A DNA stretch of 63,901 bases, filler included, from Choristocarpus tenellus KU-1152 (taxonomy: Eukaryota; Protista; Phaeophyceae), in assembly GCA_964200185.2 (NCBI GenBank). It is 12 parts of 12 records of this genome, joined end to end, with 100 filler letters (N's around TTAATTAATTAA, not from the genome) between each part and the next. Parts side by side here need not be neighbours in the genome. Positions count along the whole stretch, not along the records: positions 10,665 to 24,713 come from CAXNAD020001293.1; 11 more parts are not named here. One strand, 5' to 3'. Positions 12,777-24,713 of the stretch are shown one piece after another. Positions within the stretch are counted from its first letter, which is position 1, and every line of letters begins with the position of its first letter. The notes under the pieces are model-generated. The model did no database searches, had not been told where the DNA came from, and worked only from the letters and a program-made list of their open reading frames with translations. The position numbers and the translations under genes are program-made.

Positions 12777-13900
12777 TAGTGTTGGCAGTCACCTCAAGGA
12801 TTAGACCAGTGTTGACTTTTTTGAAAATGTTGCCCAACGAGTTAAATAACGACCAGCACATCGAATGAAAGCTCTTGATCTAAACTATCGATTTTCGGAA
12901 AGGAAATATCTCGGAAAAATTATTTTGATAAGGTTAAAGTTTCACCGAATATTTTCGGCACAAACTTGAAAATATTTCGGAATGAATTACCACGATAATA
13001 TTTGCGAAATAATTCCTTGGCATAAATCGATAGCCTAGATCTAGAGCTTTCAGTTGATATGCTGAACGTCGATTAACTCATTCGGCAACCTTTAAAAAAA
13101 AGTCAAGATTAGTTAACCGCCACAACAGTACTTGGGCACCTCGGCTTAACACTGTTTAAGCCACTCACAGGACACTGTGACGCCCAATGACCTCCGAGTT
13201 GTCACCTGCCCCTCACAGGAAACTGTGAATTGAACCCGATAGAGATGGTCTGGGAGCAGCCGAAGCACGATGTATAAGGCCGGTGTGACTACACGTTGCC
13301 TGGAATGAGAGCCAACATTCCTGTCAGTCTTAAAGAGGAAGAAGGGCTGCGAAAGTAATTGTGGAGAGGTTCTTCAGGATGAGTATTGCTTACCACCTGA
13401 TACATTTCAACGAGAAAGGCATGGAGTGCACCAAATTGGACAGGGTGTCAAGACATTTAAGTCTCACAGGAGGCTTGCATCTTAAGAATACCTCATTTGG
13501 CTTGGTATGGATTGTCTGGTTAAGAGGCCTGGGCCCCCATAAGTGAGCCTTAGTCAGCAGGTGGCAACATCGCATAAACGGGAAATGATGGAAAGAGAAT
13601 GGAGAGACAACAACGCCCATGTTCTCTGGGTGATGATGGCCTCTTTTGGTGTCAAAATCATCCTCAAATGCGCGGTTCGAACGTTACTCGTGGCAACCCC
13701 GCGCGGATCGCGCGCGGACTACTTGATTCAAGCATTGTCTGGTATTTCTCATGATTACTCAAAGTTGACCAACCGAGACCCGTCAAATAAGGTTGAGCAT
13801 GCTGATGCGATTACAGTAAACGAATTTTCATGAAAAAATATCTTGTTGATCAAAAGCTACGGCATGACAAAGTTGATGCAGGAGGCGACTGCCAACACTG
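12777..13900 (+). mobile_element. IS630/Tc1-mariner-like DNA transposon, internally deleted
   Basis: TIRs (T/C)AGTGTTGGCAGTC(A/G)CCTC with TA on both sides (12775-12776, 13901-13902). Decayed transposase C-terminus at ~13190-13480: NCELNPIEMVWEQPK...CDYTLPG and FKSHRR. Confidence 0.82.
12804..13113. repeat. Long imperfect palindrome (~310 bp), MITE-like
   Basis: 12804-~12895 (GACCAGTGTTGACTTTTTT...GAAAGCTCTTGATCTAAACTATCGATTT) is the imperfect reverse complement of ~13023-13113. The centre also pairs (AATATTTTC/GAAAATATT). Confidence 0.8.
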
Positions 13901-15592
13901 TAGTGACTCACTAGTGTCCATTGATTTGTGTCATGTTCAACATATATATATGCTTGTTGTACTGAAGACAAGCAAATAAGTGATTCATAGTAAATTTTTG
14001 TAGATGATTGCAAACCTCACACTATAGGAGTAGTAATGGGTGCTACCAATTGTGAGCCCCACAAGTTCAGTCAGTGGAATCGAGACCACAAGCCCCTTGT
14101 AACACTACTATTGTACATTCACACCAAGCTACTTATTGTCCTCTACCTATGCACACGATTGATCATCTTAACCGTAGGTCCAACGTGGAATATCTCAACA
14201 CTAGCCGGCCTACCAAGTGAAGTACAACAGGGGAAGGAAAGCTCCTCATTAGCCCTAGAAAACCATTGGAGCCAGTGTGGACAAGGGGTAGCCACATGGG
14301 CCTCAAGCCAACCCCTGAAGCCGGCATGCCAGATCCCCCCAATAGAGTTCAAGCTTACAGCTAGCAGATCCCTAGGGAGGGAGGAGGCCCTGTCAAACAG
14401 GTGCCCAGTGGCGGGGTGCAGGAGGCAAAGTGTCGACACCAGACATGCCCATATCTGCCCCAGGGCAGGGGGCCAGGTGCGACAGCACACACCCATGATG
14501 AAACGTCTAAACCAACTATGCAAGGGAATAGGCATTCCTTGCACTACAGAGGACGGCAGCTCCTTCACGGTAGACAGGAATCTCCGCATGGATCTAGTCT
14601 TCCATGCAGGGGTACTTGCGGACGCTGGAATAGCCCCCTACAGGGACAAAGGCCTTACGCTAGATGTTACATTTGCAGAAGTGCAGGCAACCTCCCATCT
14701 TACACAATCATCCACCAGCAAACGTGTAGCTGCTGCTGCAGCTGAGGCGCGAAAGTGCACCCACTATGAGGGCTCTTTGATCCTCGTAGTTATATCCTCA
14801 ACACCTTCGCGGTGGAAAGTTTTGGGTGTCTCGACAAGCAGGCGGAATGTTTCCTGGATGAGCTGGCTACAAACATGGTGGGGGGGAGAGGAACTGGAGG
14901 ATATGCCAAGAAAGGAGCGGTCAAATCCCGCCTACGCCAAATAGTCTCAGTAACAACGCAAGTGTCACTGTCTAGAAGTGTCATGTGTTTTAAGCTGGAG
15001 TCACCAGGGAGATGGGCACAGAGGGGTTTGTTGACTTCTTGGGATGTCTCCCTAGCTCCTCACCCTGGGGTGCAGGAATAGGTAGGCACAGGAAGGCAGT
15101 TGTACAACATAAATAGTAGTGAAATAACAAATAGATCAGTGTTTCTCACATTTGTGACATATTTTGCTTCTTTAGGGTTTATACTGACATGTGAATAGTT
15201 TACATTGGTTTTCCCCCTGACACATCTGCAAAATGTCAGAGGGCATAATAATATATATATATATCAAATGAAAGCGTATGACAAGAGCTTTTCGAAGGTT
15301 GGTACCCATAAATACCCAGGCTTTGGGTAACGGGATTTATATCCCATTCAAATAATGCCAATAATGCGGGGGAACATATCCGGCGCAAGTTTGGCGTGTG
15401 TGGCAATACCGAAAAAAAATCCGGACATCATTTTAGCGCCAGTTGCAGACTTTTTGTGAGCACACACACGCGTGACCCACACTGCAACATGAACCATGAC
15501 GGTGAGACAAGGAGAGCCGCCGAGGCCATTCTGCCTCCTGGATCTACCCTCAGGACCTTCTCTGTCGAGAGGCCACGGAAAATCAAGTACAG

Positions 15593-16753
15593 TGTGACAC
15601 TCTGTGCGATGTTAGGTGCTGAGGGAATGCAAGTAGTGTGCCGCAGCAGCATGATCAAATCGCGAAATGAATCATGTGTACGCGACACTGACGCTGAGAG
15701 AAGATGCATTGAAAGTTTTACCACACAAACGTGGTTGGATCTTCATGTTTGATTAGGCTCTTCCAACTCTGTCGAACAGTTATTGTAAAATATGCACGGA
15801 GTAAAGGAACAATCAATTAGTGGTTGAGTTATCAGAACCTTTTACTAGTGACTAGTTGTATGATAATTTTTCTCATTTAAAAGGAAATATTTCTGATTTT
15901 ATGGGGTGTTGCATGCCCCACTTAACTTTAATCAATCACTCTACAGACACCAAGCCAATCTCGCTGGGTTTATCACTTTATCTCCTTTGATGATTTGGGA
16001 GATACTTTAACACTTCAACCACGTTGGAGCACTGCTCTGCAGTCTCTGCTGGCTCGGGAAAGCAGGAAGAGAGCGGTGAGTTCATCACCGGGTGGTACAG
16101 TGACGAAGTCTGTGGGGAAGCCTGGTCATGGCGGGCGAAGGGAGAGCCAGGGTGGCTGCTCGAAGGGACAGTCGGGGAAGATAGCAGTGCGAGTGCATGC
16201 CATTGAGCTCAGGAAACGCCTAAGCGAAAACCTGGGTGTAGAATATCTTAGTAGTCGACAGTTGCACCAGGCCCTGACTGTTTGGAAGCTATGCGAGTCA
16301 GTGTGATTTAAGGAAACGAGAAAGAAGGTGTTAGGGTTGGGCTACGAGGGCTCTCTGAAGCCTGAAAGAAGGTCAAAAGGGCTAGCAAGGCGGAGGAGAA
16401 AGTGAAGAATAAAGGTTTATGATTGGAGTGCGTGTAGAGCAGTTGCATAGAAGACCAAAGAAATTGTGTGGATGATGAAAATAATAAGAGGGCTTTTGGT
16501 CAAACGATCACCCCTTTTTACCTTCAGTCCTTACTTTTTATCTTGAACGAAACTTTGAGTCGAGCTTTGAGCTAAGCGCTGAGTGGAAGATCAAGAGAAG
16601 AAAATGACACCTGACACCCTACAAACTGTTATCAAGGGCAACGCCCCCATAGCGTCGTTTGAAGGTCGTTGGATTTGAGTTGTACATCCTGTGGAGGTGA
16701 GTTCTGAGGGGCACGCTGTAACATGGAGGTCCTACCGAGACTTCCACCCTGTA
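15593..16753 (+). mobile_element. LTR related to family 2, followed by a primer-binding site, then truncated
   Basis: 16407-16723 matches ~12198-12511 and ends TGTAACA. The left boundary (TGTGACA at 15593, possible ACAG TSD at 15589-15592 and 16754-16757) is tentative. Confidence 0.62.
16724..16741 (+). other. Retrotransposon primer-binding site, tRNA-Gln type
   Basis: TGGAGGTCCTACCGAGAC directly follows the LTR's terminal CA. It is complementary to a ...TCTCGGTAGGACCTCCA 3' end typical of eukaryotic tRNA-Gln. Confidence 0.75.
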
Positions 16754-16757
16754 ACAG

Positions 16758-17560
16758 TCTGTGTACTTGCCATTATCTATACAAACACATGCCACCATCT
16801 ATTCCTGAAAATGGCGAATGACAGAAATCATCTTCGCAGGTACGCCAAAATTGTCCTGTCTAGCTTAGGGGAGATCAAGACCAACAGAGTTAAATGTACT
16901 CTGTTGATCTATAGAACACATAAATAGGAACATATGCTTTTCCTGACGAGATCTATTGGAGGGTAGATACAGAGTACATCACATCTACTGTTGAGTGCCG
17001 GGGCCGGAAACCACACTGTTCCTCGCGATGAAGTATGTTATCCTGTTTAAGGTAATATCCCAGTCACCCTGCAATAACCTTGACAAGTAATCTATTCGTC
17101 ATTGCTGGTGCATTAGTGAGGACCATGGATATAAGACATTCATCAAGGACTTCAGTAATACTATGAGAGTTGAGGTCAACGGACTTAGTACTAAGGAGCT
17201 CCTGTGACGTATCTTTTTTACCTCTCCACCATGAGAGTTTGCTCTCTCGATATCTGGTCAAATTTGTCATGGATGTGTTGAGAGGAACTCTGTCTGTTTC
17301 TATTACCTTCATTGAAATCCTTTCAGGTCAATGATGCTGGTAGAAATCACCTTGGTCACCACAGTGGATGGTAAGGTCTTACATCTTCCTGGTGTAGATA
17401 GGTTGTCAAGAAACGTTTGGAAGGCAGCGCCCTCACTGTTTGAAGTGTTATCCAGCTGTCATAAACACCTTGAAAATTGTGATTTGGAGATCTGCATGAT
17501 CTTTTCCCATCATGGCCTTTCCCAGTCCTCGCAGGCGTCCAGGAAGTTTGCTTGAACTTG
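16758..17560 (-). mobile_element. Degenerate RTE-like LINE reverse transcriptase fragment
   Basis: Minus strand reads LLVKVIAG*LGYYLKQDNILHREEQCGFRPRHSTVD, LFMCSIDQQSTFNSV and FGVPAKMISVIRHF, with stops and frameshifts. Confidence 0.8.
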
Positions 17561-18073
17561 GTTACTTGTACAATGCTAGTGGTACAGTGATGCGCAGACA
17601 TGTTATTAATAGTACATACATGCAAATACGTATCGGTTACCATGTGGAGTTTGATGAGTCGAAACTGGATTGCCCTCCAGTGTATATTATACTCATCGTC
17701 CATATTCGATGATTCAAAACCACAACAAATTTTTTACCTTAGAAAACTCCATGCTACTTTATTGATTGGGTGTGTTTTGATACCTGATTTTATTACCATT
17801 TTGGAGATTATTTGAATAAATATAGGGGCAATCATCGATCTTTTTTGTTCCAATTTTCCAAGAAATTTGGTGACAAATAATGGGGAATGTCGTACAAAAA
17901 AGTTTTATATATGGTGGGTGTGGATACATTTCAACATTCAGGACATTCCCGCCTTCACAACGATTGTGAAAAAAGATCACACTTGATCATTATGTGGTAT
18001 TTTGAAAATGGAGATGGGTTTGGGTTGAAACATCATTGATATTTGAGAGGTATTTTGTACTAGGTTGAGTCTA

Positions 18074-21000
18074 ATGGAAGAGGAAGATGCAAGAGAGGTT
18101 ATAGAAGTGGAAGATACCCGCCGAGGTGGTGCGGAGGGAGATGTTGAAAACGAGCTCGGTGGGAAAAAGAGATCGACGAAAGGGAAAAGAAAGAGGTTGA
18201 AGGTGTCAGGGGGAGCCACCCTTACACGTTTTTTGAACGCAGGCTCCTCTGGACCTTCGTGGGATGATGTGAATCTGGTCTGTCCAATCTGCCAGCGTCA
18301 TTGCTTCTCAGTGGCAGGACTCCGCGCTCATGTGGAGCAATGTTTAGAGGGGCATGGGCCAGGACCTCAACTGGGAGAGGATGACTTCATTGGACATCGG
18401 GATAGAGAAAGGGATGGTGCTGCTGCGACTTCGAATGGCATTGCAGCTTGTAAAGCAGACGAGAAGGAGCCAAGAACGAAGGTCCAACTTCCTCCTCAGG
18501 TGGTTCGTGAAGAAAAACCAACTCCTTCTAAACAAGGGAAAGAACGCCACTCACCAGGAAGGTCTGACAGAAGCACATGTGAGAGAACGTCACCAGCCTT
18601 GGAGGGAGGTGACGAAGGAAATGACGAGGGGAGGAGAGGAGAGGTCGATTCACGGAGGAAAACTGCAGGCTTCCATCTCAACCAAGGAATGGGCATCCCA
18701 TTTCATGGGGTTAAGGCTTCTAAACGAACCCAAGGGATACCGAACCCGACTGATAACAAGCCCAAAGGAAAAAGAAAAGGTTTGGACAGAGGATGGGATG
18801 AAACTTGAAGATTTAGTACGAAAACACTCGAAATGACGAAAATGTTTTGCATGAAGAATAGAAGAATACGTTGAACTCTCGACATATAATCACTTCAGAT
18901 TAACTATGACCAACTCACTCTTCCTCTTCATTTCATTCCCAATCCCACCCCACAACCAGACACTTGCTGTGAAAAACGACCAAGACAGTTAAATAACTTC
19001 AGTATAACGAAGAAAAACTCACTCTCCCTCTTCAACTCATCCCGGTGTCACCCCACGACCAGACATCGCACTAGCCTTGCCGCGAAAGGCTGGCAACACA
19101 CTTAGTGGGGGGCATGCCAACTGCAAACCAGTCGTTGGTAAACTCAGGCGCACACGCGTTGAGGGTACTAATTCAAGGGAAACTAGTGAGAGAGCTATTT
19201 CATCTGAGCGACATTCCTGTAATTTGTCAAAGCAGAAAAGGGCTGTGACTGTGGAGGGTGCACCAGTCAAAGTTGCTCCAGATGGAGACTTCAGAAGGAA
19301 AGCAACCCTGTTGACACACCTATGCTATATGCTGCAAGGAGGGGAGAGGCTGCTGCATGAGACCAAGCTCTTCCCTCCTGTTCATTCAGACATCGAAGTA
19401 AAGGGTAGTCAAACTCATTGTGGCCTTTGTCCTTATGACCCATATGTCAGTGGTGATCTTTGGCAGGAGTTTGATGGTGAGGCGTGCCTTGGTGACAAGG
19501 ACTGTGCTGGATGCGGATATGCCGCAAAACGTGTGAGACTGTGCTACTGTAAAACACAAGAGGCACCAATCCAGAAGAGATTTTGTGATCCGTGCATCTG
19601 GCCTATGGACTGGAGTACAGGTTCAGATACAAGTGATGGCTTTACTAGCCTGCAATTTTTCCCATCTTTATTTGGTGATGAACAAGATGGAGGAGCTAGG
19701 AGTAAGTGCCAAAGGACAGCTCTGTTAGGGGGAAATGTTGATCAGAAGATAATACCTTCGATCCCAGCCTCTGCCACAGATAGGTTTCTGAGGGTATTTG
19801 CAGACCTTCAACCTGCAAGACATGCCCTGAACTTGATCGTAGATCCAGAGCCTGGTCAAACCACAGGAGCAATGCTGGACTCGAGAGTTGATGGAGATGG
19901 GAAAAATAGGAAGGAGACAGTACATGAACCCGCGAGCAAGTCCCTGTTGGTATCCGCATCAGTGAAGCCAGAGAGATGTAGAACTGAGGGTCGACATAAG
20001 ATGGATAAAAAGATGGGCAAAGAGGTGGAGGCAACAGGAGAGAAGGATGAGATGAGAGGTAATGCGGCGAGGGGGGTGGAAAGGCAGAGAAAGATTGTGT
20101 TAGCTGGGGTGAGCAAAGGAGTCAATGTAATGGCGGAACAGTTGCAAGCAGGCCTAGGTGACCTGCATGGGGCCCAAGTGCAAGCCTCCCCATGCAGCAA
20201 GCCCAGAACCAGGTCACTACTAGTGGAGGCAATTTTTTCGTCACCTCAAGGACCTACTGTTCCGATTGCTGGTGTTGTGAAATCAATGCCTGTATCCAAT
20301 GAAGACCTTTGCCCAAGTTCGTTTTCTTTGCCAGGAGCTGTTCCTACAGATTCTGGATCAATGAGTAAACAACCTATCCGACCAAGCATGGAATGTGTAC
20401 AGGCAAATGATAGGTGCTCAGTCCAAGGAGGTGTGCATGATGACAATGTGTGCCGGTATCAGGGCAAGAGTGATCAAGTGAGAGGAGAGGGTTCATTGGC
20501 AGAGCAATCCTCTTCTCGGAAAATGTGTGAAGCAGGGGATCATGTGGTTTCTGGCATACCGGACAAAGTACTTTCAGTTCGTAACTCAGAAAGTACATGT
20601 TCAAGCCGTGAGGAGACATCGGTGGAAGGAAAGGCAGATGATGATAACCTTAACCCCTCAAGCTTGTTGTACCCAAACCACATCAGCCCCTGTGCGGTCA
20701 AAAGGCTGTCAATTGCTGGACAGTCATCCCTGGGGAAGAAAAAGGAGCATCAGATAGCAGTAGCACGTAGAGCATCAAGGCCAGCCCCTCAGGGGACAGA
20801 CAGTATTCCGGACTTTCCCCTGTCAAGGCAGACAAGACCAGTTGGGCCTGCTGGCTCTACTTCTGCACCTCACTCAGGCACTCTCTCATGTGCTGATTTG
20901 CTGTCAAGTCAGGTGGTCAGTGGAGTTAGTGGGGATGGAATTGGGCACATTTCAGCTCCATGCCCGGCAGATGCTAGACATGAGCAAAGGCTGCCTGTTA

Positions 21001-24000
21001 TGTGCACAGGGGAGGGGAAGATTAAATATTCAACAATGAGTGACAGGGAAGCAAGGATACCTTTGGCCTTGTCCACAAAGGGGGAAGCAATAGAGGTGGG
21101 GGCGGGAGACAATGAAGCCATGGACCTGAAGGGAGATGGGCATGGCAAAGGCTTCATTGCAAGTGATGTTGTACAACAGGTGCGTTTGGGTGCTGCTTTG
21201 ATGCTCTCACTTTAGTGATCTTGAGGGTGTGAAATTCTGTAAAAGAAGTGGTAATGCCAGTGGTTCTTGAAAATATAGACTGTAGCAATGCAACATCAAT
21301 GATGAAAATCACTTGGAAACCTATTCTGGCATGGTAATTGTCTCCAAGTTTGTGTAAATGAGAGCTTAACTTTTTGGGGGTGGAGTTACTATGCTGCTTC
21401 AAGCCCAATGGCAGCCTGCCTCTGGCCAGTATTGAGGGAACTCGTTTGGGAGTACTCTCCAAATTTGATTTTGGTAAGAAGAGTGTAAAATTTGCAGGAA
21501 ACAACATAAATCAGGGTTAAGTATGCATGAGTGTCCCTCTGCTTACCCTATACCATGCACTACCTGTTGTATGGGGAATGGGACCACTGGTGGAGTTCGG
21601 TCAATTTTTGCTTGTTTTGCTTATTGTTCGTTGAACAGGGGGTTCTGACTGTGATGGATTACACTCGAGGGGCTACATTGCGCAGTAGCTGGTCAATCGA
21701 TGACTCTGAGGAGGTGGGGAGGCTGAAGAAGGGGGACACACTCCAGTATGATGCGGTAAGACATGTGTGTGTTTTGTATCTATGATGTGGTTATCACCGC
21801 CAGTTATTGATGTTCAAGTTGTAAGAGGATGTTGGTGTCATTTATCTGCCCTCTTTGTGTACATAGTGTACAAATACACATAAAGAGTATAGTTGGACGG
21901 GATTGGTGAGCAGAGGACACTTCTTGGTTCACCCAAAATATGTGTTATCGTGGAGTCAATCTCCTGTGATTTTTGTGTGTTTGAGACTGCGATATTGATG
22001 TGCTTGTGATGCCATAGTGAGTCAGTGATAAGGCAAGGTCACACATTTGTTTTTGTTGTGATGTGTTTGTGCATTCAATACCACATTTATTGTACTTTTC
22101 TTGGATCAGTATAGTACTTTATAGTACAACGTCCTTTCCAGGGTCTAGTTCATATATCAAACTTAGTGTCCTTTGGGCATGTGTACAATTGAGCGCTGTG
22201 AGACCTCTCTAGCCCACCACTAAGCATTCCTCTTACATAGCTCCATATACAACGTGAGGATTGTCAGTGACTGTAGAACAGCATTGATTGTTGTAATAGC
22301 GTCAATTCCCCCAAGAGATGTATTGATTTGATAGAGTTGACCACACCCCCCTCCTTGAACTCGTTTTAACATTTGATGTCCGTTTCTTTCACCCAATTTC
22401 TTGACAAGAATCCAGTTTGATGGTGTCATATCACAGCTAAGTATGTGAACCCCTTTCTTAGGGTTAGAGATAATTCTTTGTGGATTTGATGTGATGGCAA
22501 GAATATGATTCACGAAGCGATTCCCGCTGTACTGATTTCCACACAGGCGTGGTTACCTTTACATGATTACCTTTATTTTTCTTTTGCAGGTGTGGTACGT
22601 GCATGCAGCAGACGAAGGATGTGTGGATGTTTTGAGATATCATGTCGTGCCCAATGTACGCCTTGCACCCAAGGTGGGCATTGAGAAAGAACTGACGCAT
22701 ACCAAGATCAATCGAATTTTGGCACACACGCGCACTGGTAATTTATTTCAACAATTTGTTTCGTTTTCTCAAAGTATCTGTAGTGCAAACTCTGGACTAC
22801 ATGCCTTCATCCGTTGGTTGGTGATGAGGAGATTGTACTCAATTTCATTGTATGCCTTGCTAGTACATTGCATGCTGTATGCGCGATCAATGGTGCTAGA
22901 TGAGGCATGGGTGATGCAGAGGAAGCTCGGAGTGATTGTGGTTCTGCCCCTGACTGCAGAATAGATTGCCAACATGTTGATGGCGAGTGCTGATGTTGAC
23001 CCCTAGTGCACTTGTTCAGGCATTTTCAATGTTCTTCAGTGACTGTTGTGTTATTTTGGTTGGGGGAAATACAGGCTTATCTCAAGCGGATTCTTTTGTT
23101 TTTTTTGCTTAAAATGAAGTAAATGCCATTCCTATTTCTCATTCGTTTTGTTTTCGCCAAACTATACCTCACCTTCTAGCACTCTCTCACTACTGAACCA
23201 AAGCAACTAAACTTACTTAATCCCCTCTTGTGCCCCCCCACTCGTTCATATATTTTTTTTCTGAAGGGAGGCTGGGTCAGTGATCGAGGGCGGTTCAAGT
23301 CTGATCCATATACCATTGTCAAAGCAGTACCAATGCCCACACCTAGACTCTTCTCTCATGCTGGCTCACTGCATGTGGCTGATGCACCAGACGAACAGGA
23401 AAGGTTGAGGGCAACATCAAGTTTGCATAATGAGGCAGGACAAGAGTCTACTGTGGAAACTTCTTCAAGTTCTATGCCAACAGAGTTAAGGCTCCCCCCA
23501 CAGGGGAAGTCTAAACAATCAAAAGTGGTTGGGGGTATGACCACACTGGTAAGCAAGAATTGTCAGCCTGCCTCTACTGTACGATCTGGTGGCCAGCCCC
23601 CTGAGCATCAAAATCCAACACTGAACCAACAGCATCGCCTGGAGGTAGAGGAAGAAAATGTGTCTGCAGCATTCAGGAATAATGATGACAACCAAGGTGT
23701 TCACAAGGTGTGCATGTCGGTTCAACCCCAGCTACAGCCCAAGTGTCAAAATCAACTGCAGTCTCTTCCACCTCGAGTTGCATCCCAGCAAACCAAGAGC
23801 AACCCAAGGACTCCTGTATCGTCCAATGTCAATCAGCAGCATACTACTATGGCGGCATTTGCAACTCCCCATTACAACCCTGTTGAGGCTGATTCAGGAG
23901 ACAGTTGTGAGTGCCCTATGTGCCACCAAGGCATGGATCACTGGGGGTCTGCACAGAGGCTCCAGGTAAGGAGAGAGTCAAAGTAAACGAGAGGTCCCGC

Positions 24001-24713
24001 CAGGATTTGGCTGTTTTTCATTTTAAGTCTGTTTTTCACTTTTTCCAATTAACCCATATTTCTATGGATGATGTTCCAAGTTTGACTGGAGAGTGTTTAC
24101 TTCCCTGTTGTTTGGAAAAAATTCAGAAAATATCCTCATGCACATTTGTAAAAAAAAAAGTCAACTTTTGTACTTTTATTTTGTCAGCGTCTTTATAATG
24201 CACCCCTGGGTACCTCTCGTTTACTTTGACTCAAGGCCTTCTTGTACATAGAAATATGACTTGTACTTGGAGTGATGTAACGAAGGAGCCCTTCAAGTGT
24301 AAGTAGTACTTAATATTTGGTTACTTGAAGAAATCCAGAGCATGCACCACATTCCCTCACACAACTGCATCTCCCCAACATTTTTGAACTTTGAGACTCT
24401 TGAGCTGTACTAGCTTCAGCAACATTGCCTGTTTTTTTGTGCTGCCATCTCCCTCCGATACTGGACTACCAGCATGTGGACAGGTGTCTCCGCCAGGCGT
24501 CCTCGTTGTCACGGAAGAACTCTCCAGCCTTGAAACCCCCTACAAAGCAAGACTTGATGGGAAGTGCAGATTGCTCTTCAGCAGGGAGTGCTTTTAACTC
24601 TGGCAAAGGTATAAGGTGCAATTTTGAGACACGGGAAACTTCAGAGACAACTGGATACCCTCCTGCTGGGGGCGGGAGGTCTGTCAGAGTTTCACTCCAA
24701 GCTGCTTTCTCCG
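18074..24713 (+). CDS. Large protein with two UBZ4/Rad18-like zinc fingers and an SH3-like domain (3' partial); probably DNA-repair related
   Basis: Exons 18074-18779, 19063-21179, 21639-21755, 22590-22673, 23267-23965 and 24473-contig end are phase-compatible. Motifs CPICQ...AHVEQCL and CPMCHQ...QHVDRCL (split by an intron), plus GATLRSSWSIDDSEEVGRLKKGD...LRY...GGWVSDRGR. Confidence 0.75.
23975..24232. mobile_element. MITE family C (258 bp), intronic
   Basis: Perfect 20-bp TIR GAGTCAAAGTAAACGAGAGG / CCTCTCGTTTACTTTGACTC. The same left end occurs at 6441. No clean TSD. Confidence 0.82.

Larger units (their letters stand above)
12708..14200. mobile_element. Solo LTR, family 1, split by a DNA transposon
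   Basis: Starts TGTTCGTGGATAGTGCTGCTGATACAC (as at 11098), ends TCAACA. 5-bp TSD CTAGC at 12703-12707 and 14201-14205. Confidence 0.88.
10734..15130 (+). mobile_element. CRE-like non-LTR retrotransposon (3' half, degenerate), interrupted by three LTR insertions
   Basis: Segments ~10734-11097, 11465-11643, 12512-12707 and 14201-~15130 align in order with the copy at 50750-51874. The C-terminus has a Cys/His knuckle (CPVAGC...HAHIC), a restriction-like endonuclease pattern (RQH...RMDLV...LDVT...AEARK..HY) and FAVESFG. Confidence 0.85.

Noticed and set aside
14036-14944. 302-aa ORF as a real gene
   Set aside because: It is a chance fusion of solo-LTR sequence (to 14200) with the frameshifted LINE endonuclease region.
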